Shown here one piece after another: positions 58,985 through 64,000 of a stretch of 64,000 nucleotides of DNA (the stretch's first letter is position 1; the number at the start of each line of letters is the position of its first letter). A program made the position numbers and the translations under genes. The DNA is taken from positions 160,001 through 224,000 of the forward strand of contig CAVPXI010000014.1 of NCBI GenBank assembly GCA_963709585.1, given 5' to 3'. A model generated the notes under the pieces. That model saw nothing but the letters and a program-made list of their open reading frames with translations, did not search any database and was not told the DNA's origin. The DNA is from Candidatus Dormiibacterota bacterium (GTDB taxonomy: Bacteria; Chloroflexota; Dormibacteria; Aeolococcales; Aeolococcaceae).

Positions 58985-60097
58985 TCACCGCCATCAAGCC
59001 GGTCCGTTTTCCGTGGTTCGACTACGCGCGCTATACGTTCTCGCTGGGGCTCAATGTCGGTGGTGGGGTAGCAATGCTCAGCGGCCACACCGCGTCGGAG
59101 TTCGATCCGGAGCAACGCACGATCGTTGTCAAGGGACCGGTTGGGCAGCAGGTTCGGACCGCCTACAACAAGATCGAGGCGATTCTCGAAGCCGCGGGTC
59201 TGACACTCGCCGACATCGTTCGCGTCGTCGAGTACGTCGCAGCCCCAGCCATCGGCGACTATGCGGAGATCGAACGTGTCCGTCGCGAGGTGCTGGCAGG
59301 CGCCGACCCGGCCGTCAACACGGTGTGCGTCACGCGGCTGCTCCGTCCCGAGGCGCTGCTTGAGATCGAGGTCGTGGCCAAGAAAGGCGGCGAGGACGAC
59401 CCGCTGGACGGCGTCGTGTACCTCCCGTCGTTGACCGCTCCGGACGAGGGCGACCTCCTCGCGCAGACCGCGGCAGTGTATGAGCAGGCATCGGCACTGC
59501 TCTCGTCACTCGGCCTCTCCATGGCCAATGTGACCAAGACAGTCGATTACTGCCCCGAGTTCGGTGCTCTCCGAGTACAGGTACACCGGTCGCGTCCGGA
59601 AGGAGCAGCTCGGACCTGTCTATCCAGGGGCAACCGGAATTCTGGTCGAGCGGCTTCGCCATCCGGATGCCCTGATCCAGGTCGACTTCATGGCGTCTCG
59701 GCATCCGCCCGAGGCGGTCAACCCCGGTTGGGAGCGGTACGCAAAGCTCACCTACAGCCCGGCGGTGAAAGCCGGTCGCGTCCTGTTCATGTCGGGCCAG
59801 GCTGCGCTCGACCCACCGTCGGAGCAAGCACTGTTTGCCGGCGACGTGGTCGCGCAAGCCGACTATACGTACGGCAACATCGTTGCCGTCCTTCAGGCGG
59901 CAGGGCTGGGGCCCGAAGATCTGGTGAAAACCATCGAATACGTGTTGCCGGAGGCACTCAACGACTACCGCCAGGTTGCCGAGGTCCGTGCCCGCCGTTT
60001 GAGTGAGCCCTATCCGGCCTCGACAGGCCTCGTCATCCCCAAGCTGTTACGGCCCGAGTTTCTGATCGAGATCGATCCTATGGCGCTCTTCCCGTGA
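58981..60097 (+). CDS. Multi-domain RidA/YjgF family protein (frameshift near 59560)
   Basis: YTFS, LSGHTA, LLRPEALLEIE; second frame YPGATG, TYSPAV, MSGQAA, YPASTG, LIEID. Confidence 0.85.
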
Positions 60098-60552
60098 GCC
60101 GAACATTGCTGACTGACGACGTCCGGGCCCATATCGGACGCGAAGCGAAGTACACGGCGCCCGAACCGTTGTCGGCGGCTGCCTTCCGCTATTTCTCCAT
60201 GGCAATCGGTGACAACAATCCGCGCTGGCGCGAGGGTATTGCGCCGCCAACGTTCATCTGCGAGTTGAACCAATATCTCGATACGCGCGCCGAGATCCTG
60301 AGCGGCGGCCACCAGTGGCATCTGCCGGTCACCGGCTGCCGGGTGCTGCGTGGCGGGCACGAGTACGAATTTTTTCGTCCTGTTCGCGCGGGCGACCACG
60401 TTGCCGTTACCTGGCGGATCGCGGATATGACGGAGCGTCAGGCAAAGAGCGGCAAGTCGATGCTCATCGTGAGCTCAGAAGCTCGATACACAACGACGAG
60501 CGATGAGCCACTCGCGCTCAACCGCGAAACTCTCATCTATCAGGAACTGTGA
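60094..60552 (+). CDS. FAS1-like/MaoC-N hot-dog dehydratase subunit
   Basis: FSMAIGDNNP, APPTF, LRGGHEYEFFRPV.GD. Confidence 0.85.
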   Translation: MSRTLLTDDVRAHIGREAKYTAPEPLSAAAFRYFSMAIGDNNPRWREGIAPPTFICELNQYLDTRAEILSGGHQWHLPVTGCRVLRGGHEYEFFRPVRAGDHVAVTWRIADMTERQAKSGKSMLIVSSEARYTTTSDEPLALNRETLIYQEL

Positions 60553-60933
60553 AAGCAGGAGAGGTCCTGCCCGCGCTCGAGCGCACGCTCGACCTGGCGT
60601 CGCTAGTCGCCTATGCGGCCGCGACGTGGGACTGGTACGGCTTGCACTATGACCCTGTCGTTGTCGCCGCTCTGGGGTTACCGCAGCCTTTGGTGGATGG
60701 GCAGATGCTCGGCGCACTACTCGCCGAGCACGCACTCTCCTGGGCGCCGAAAAATGCCGAGGTCAAGCGAATGGGATTTCGCTTCAGTTCGATGGTGTTC
60801 GCGGGTGACACCGTGCGCGTTGAGGGCGAGGTCGAGTTCGGTCGCTGAACATACCGTTCGGCTGACTCAGCGGGTCCTGGTCGGCGACAACGAGGCCGTC
60901 ACGTCTGCCTGGATAGAACTTCTGCTGACGTGA
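60549..60933 (+). CDS. MaoC hot-dog dehydratase subunit (frameshift near 60840)
   Basis: YAAATWDW..LHYD, DGQM, F..MVFAGDTV; C-terminus in the next frame ending at 60933. Confidence 0.8.
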
Positions 60934-62075
60934 GCAAGCGAGTTGCGATCGTCGGCGTTGCCGAGTTCGACCTGGGCATCACCGGAAAGTCGGTCTACGA
61001 GCTGCAGGTGCAGGCGATCACCGCGGCCCTCGAGGATGCCGGACTTGATCCGAATCACGTCGACGGCCTTGCGACCAATGGTTCGTCACGGTTTGCGGCA
61101 ACCCAGGTCGCCGAATATCTCGGCATTTTCCCGCGATGGTTTGACACCACCTTCGCCGGGGGGCCATCGTACGAGGTCTTCGTCGGCCACGCCGCGCATG
61201 CGATCCGCGAAGGCGCGTGCGACGTTGCGCTCATCACCTACGGGTCGAACCAGCGATCCATGCGGTCTCGTCAACTCGCGGGTGTGGTTGATCCAGGCAC
61301 GCCCGAAGCTCAATACGAAGCGCCATACGGGCTGCTCAACCCGATCTCGGGCTACGCACTCGCGGCGCAGCGATACCTCTTCGAGTTCGGCACCACGTCG
61401 GAGCAACTGGCGGGAGTCGCGGTGGCTGCGCGCGCCTGGGCGCTCAAGAACCCCAAGGCATTTCACTACGGGTCCGGGCCCTTGACCGTCGACGACGTCC
61501 TCAAGTCACCAATGGTTAGCTCGCCACTGCACGCACTCGATTGCTGCCTGGTGACAGACGGTGGCGGTGCAGTCGTGCTCGTCTCCGAGGACCGTGCTGC
61601 GTCGCTCGCCAAGCCGCCGGTGTGGGTGCTCGGCCATGGCGAAGCGACAACGCACCAGGGCATCGCGCAGATGCCCGACCTCGTCAGGACCGGCGGAAGC
61701 GTCTCGGGCGCAACGGCCTTGGGCATGGCCGGACTCGCTCCGCGTGAAATTGATGTCATCCAAGTGTACGACTCGTTCACCATCACCGTCCTGTTGACAT
61801 TAGAAGCGCTCGGGTTCTGCGAACCTGGCGAGGCCGGGGCGCTGGCCGAAAGCGGGGCACTTGCTCCCGGAGGACGCATGGCGATCAATACGTCCGGCGG
61901 CGGCCTCTCCTATTGTCATCCGGGGATGTTCGGCATCCTGCTCCTCATTGAGGCGGTGCGCCAGCTGCGTGGCGAGTGCGGTGACCGTCAGCTCCTCAAA
62001 CACGAGACGGCCATCTGCCACGGAACCGGCGGGATGTTCTCAACGCACGCAACTGTGGTGCTCGGGCGTGGTTGA
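60930..62075 (+). CDS. Thiolase-like (SCP-x/Ltp2-type) protein
   Basis: LDCCLVTDGGGA, YDSFT, NTSGGGLSYCHPG; lacks the canonical N-terminal Cys (GGPS). Confidence 0.9.
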   Translation: MSKRVAIVGVAEFDLGITGKSVYELQVQAITAALEDAGLDPNHVDGLATNGSSRFAATQVAEYLGIFPRWFDTTFAGGPSYEVFVGHAAHAIREGACDVALITYGSNQRSMRSRQLAGVVDPGTPEAQYEAPYGLLNPISGYALAAQRYLFEFGTTSEQLAGVAVAARAWALKNPKAFHYGSGPLTVDDVLKSPMVSSPLHALDCCLVTDGGGAVVLVSEDRAASLAKPPVWVLGHGEATTHQGIAQMPDLVRTGGSVSGATALGMAGLAPREIDVIQVYDSFTITVLLTLEALGFCEPGEAGALAESGALAPGGRMAINTSGGGLSYCHPGMFGILLLIEAVRQLRGECGDRQLLKHETAICHGTGGMFSTHATVVLGRG

Positions 62076-62463
62076 GACGACGATGCCGAGCCTCATGCCC
62101 GAGGCTGCCGAGTGGTGGGAGGCCACCCGCAGCCAGCTCCTCCTCATCCAGCGTTGCCTTGCATGCGGACATCATCAGCTATACCCGCGCACGATCTGCA
62201 CCGTCTGTCATCGCACTGAGCTCGAACTGGTCGCTGCGTCAGGCGCGGGGACGGTGTATAGCCATTCCATTGTGCACCGCGCGCCCGCAGGCTTCGAGGC
62301 GCCGTATGTTGTCGCCATCGTTCGGCTCTCTGAAGGTCCCAGACTGTTGACCCATGTCATCGGATGCGCGCCCGAGGATGTGCGCTGCGACATGCCGGTG
62401 CGGATCGCATGGGAGCCGCTGCCCGATGGCCGCAACCTCCCTATGTTCGTTCCTGGGAGCTGA
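62068..62463 (+). CDS. DUF35 Zn-ribbon/OB-fold protein
   Basis: QRCLACG..YPR..CTVC, GTVYS, PYVVAIVRL.EGPR. Confidence 0.9.
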   Translation: MVETTMPSLMPEAAEWWEATRSQLLLIQRCLACGHHQLYPRTICTVCHRTELELVAASGAGTVYSHSIVHRAPAGFEAPYVVAIVRLSEGPRLLTHVIGCAPEDVRCDMPVRIAWEPLPDGRNLPMFVPGS

Positions 62464-62466
62464 GCA

Positions 62467-63621
62467 ATGGACTTTGAACTGAATGCCGAACAGGCAGCCC
62501 TACGCGACACCGTCCGGGATTTTGCGCGCCGCAGCATCGCGCCTGTCGCCCGCGAGTGGGAGCAGGCAGGACGGTATCCCGACACGCTGGTCGAGCAGAT
62601 GAAAGCGATGGGCCTCTTCGGAATGCTCGTGCCTGAAAGGTACGGGGGCATCGCTATCGACGCCGTTTCGTATTCGATCGTTTTCGAAGAGATTTCCAAA
62701 GCGTGGATGGGCGTAGCAGGCATCCTAGGATCGCACACGTTGGCCACCAGAATCCTCGCGATCCACGGCACCGAGGATCAAAAACAGCGGTGGCTCCCCG
62801 AGCTCGCTACCGGCGCGCGGCGCAGCGGTCTGGCTCTGACAGAACCGGAGGCCGGGAGTGACCTGCAGGGGATCGTGACGATCGCCCGCCGCTCAGGCGA
62901 CCACTACGTCGTGAACGGCACGAAGATGTGGATCACCAACGCGCGCCATGCCGATCCGCTCCCTGTTCTGGTCAAGACCGACCCCACTGCCGAACCCCGA
63001 CATCGCGGCATGTCAATCCTCATGATCGAGGCCGGAACGCCGGGTTTCAGCATCAGCCGAGATATCGAGAAGCTCGGCTACAAGGGGCCCGAGTCGTGCG
63101 AGGTAGTGCTTCAGGAGTGCCCGGTGCCCGTGGGGAACCTGCTGGGTGGCGTTGAAGGCCTGGGGTTGAAGCAGGCGCTATCGGCGCTTGAATTTGGTCG
63201 GTGCAATATTGCGGGACGGGCCGTCGGCATCGCCCAGGCATCGTTGGACCTGGCGCTTGCGTATGCGAAGGACCGCCGTGCCTTCGGGAAGCCGATCGCA
63301 GAGTTTCAAGCAGTCCAGATCAGGCTCGCGGACATGGCAACCGAGGTGCAGGCCGCGCGTCTTTTGACGTGGTGGGCAGCCTCTCGCCTTGACGCCGGCG
63401 CGAGGGCCGACCTCGAAACCGGGATGGCTAAGCTCTACGCGAGCGAGGTGTGCATCAAGACCTCACTCGAATGCATGCGGATTCACGGCGGCTACAGTTA
63501 CTCGAAGGAATTCGACGTCGAGCGCCTCTATCGTGACGCGCCCTTGATGGCCATAGGTGAAGGTACCAACGACATCTTGAGGACGGTCATCGCGCGCCAC
63601 CTGACGGGAGCGAGCGCATGA
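62467..63621 (+). CDS. Acyl-CoA dehydrogenase
   Basis: ALTEPEAGSD, NGTKMWITN, R.AFGKPI..FQ, HGGYSY, YRDA...IGEGT. Confidence 0.95.
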   Translation: MDFELNAEQAALRDTVRDFARRSIAPVAREWEQAGRYPDTLVEQMKAMGLFGMLVPERYGGIAIDAVSYSIVFEEISKAWMGVAGILGSHTLATRILAIHGTEDQKQRWLPELATGARRSGLALTEPEAGSDLQGIVTIARRSGDHYVVNGTKMWITNARHADPLPVLVKTDPTAEPRHRGMSILMIEAGTPGFSISRDIEKLGYKGPESCEVVLQECPVPVGNLLGGVEGLGLKQALSALEFGRCNIAGRAVGIAQASLDLALAYAKDRRAFGKPIAEFQAVQIRLADMATEVQAARLLTWWAASRLDAGARADLETGMAKLYASEVCIKTSLECMRIHGGYSYSKEFDVERLYRDAPLMAIGEGTNDILRTVIARHLTGASA

Positions 63622-64000
63622 CATCGAACTCAGGAGCGCGACCGCGTCCTCTACCTTGTTCTCGACCGCCCTGGCGCCCTCAACGCCATCAACGAGGCTG
63701 TCCTCGACCACCTGGAATCGACGTGTCGCGTGGTTGAAGATCGCGACGACATTCGCGCCCTCGTGATCACGGGCGTCGGCGACGTGTTCTCCGTCGGCAT
63801 GGATCTGACGTGCCTCGAGCGGGGATTCGAGGATCACGTGTTCTTTCGAGAATTCCTCGAGCGTTTCCATCGAATCCTGTTGCGCCTGGAACGGCTCCCG
63901 GTGCCAACCGTCGCGGCAGTCAATGGGCTCACTCGAGCGGGCGGCTTCGAACTGCTGCTCGCCTGCGATCTGGCGGTGTGTGCTGACGAGGCTCAGATTT
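63618..64000 (+). CDS. Enoyl-CoA hydratase/isomerase (partial at window edge; 5' frameshift)
   Basis: Manual translation LDRPGALNAI...FSVGMDL...PTVAAVNGLTRAGGFELLLACDL. Confidence 0.85.

Overview
High-GC bacterial DNA (Actinomycetota- or Ca. Dormiibacterota-like; this is inference from gene content and leaderless promoters) in two parts. (1) 1-29 kb is an accessory region cut into blocks by five co-oriented copies of a composite site. Each site carries the 3' part of a tRNA-Ser on the minus strand; four start exactly at the anticodon loop (mostly GGA). The fragments are flanked by conserved CGTTGGG direct repeats and helically phased GCA motifs at fixed spacing, which is the architecture of attP-like junctions in a tandem array of tRNA-integrated units. 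The units carry unrelated cargo: a c-di-GMP enzyme, an amidase/cyclase/aminotransferase/permease operon, an ApbE flavinylation module, TetR/SDR, MerR/ArsB-like genes, and CoA-transferase/Crp/thiolase/ADK genes. No integrase and no intact tRNA are visible in the window, so this looks like an integron-like, integrase-less cassette array at a tRNA. (2) 30-64 kb is a large catabolic island for an unknown substrate: ThDP enzymes, a phosphotriesterase-like protein, amidase, VOC proteins, a Dpp-type ABC transporter, a DUF4437-like cupin, a flavoprotein, acyl-CoA ligase, LLM, MaoC proteins, CaiB, MmgE/PrpD, RidA, thiolase-like/DUF35, ACAD and ECH. A recurring FadR-type operator (ATGTCnGACAT-like) sits inside four of its promoters. 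Many genes have single-base frameshifts, probably long-read errors. All family calls come from motif recognition by eye, not database searches.
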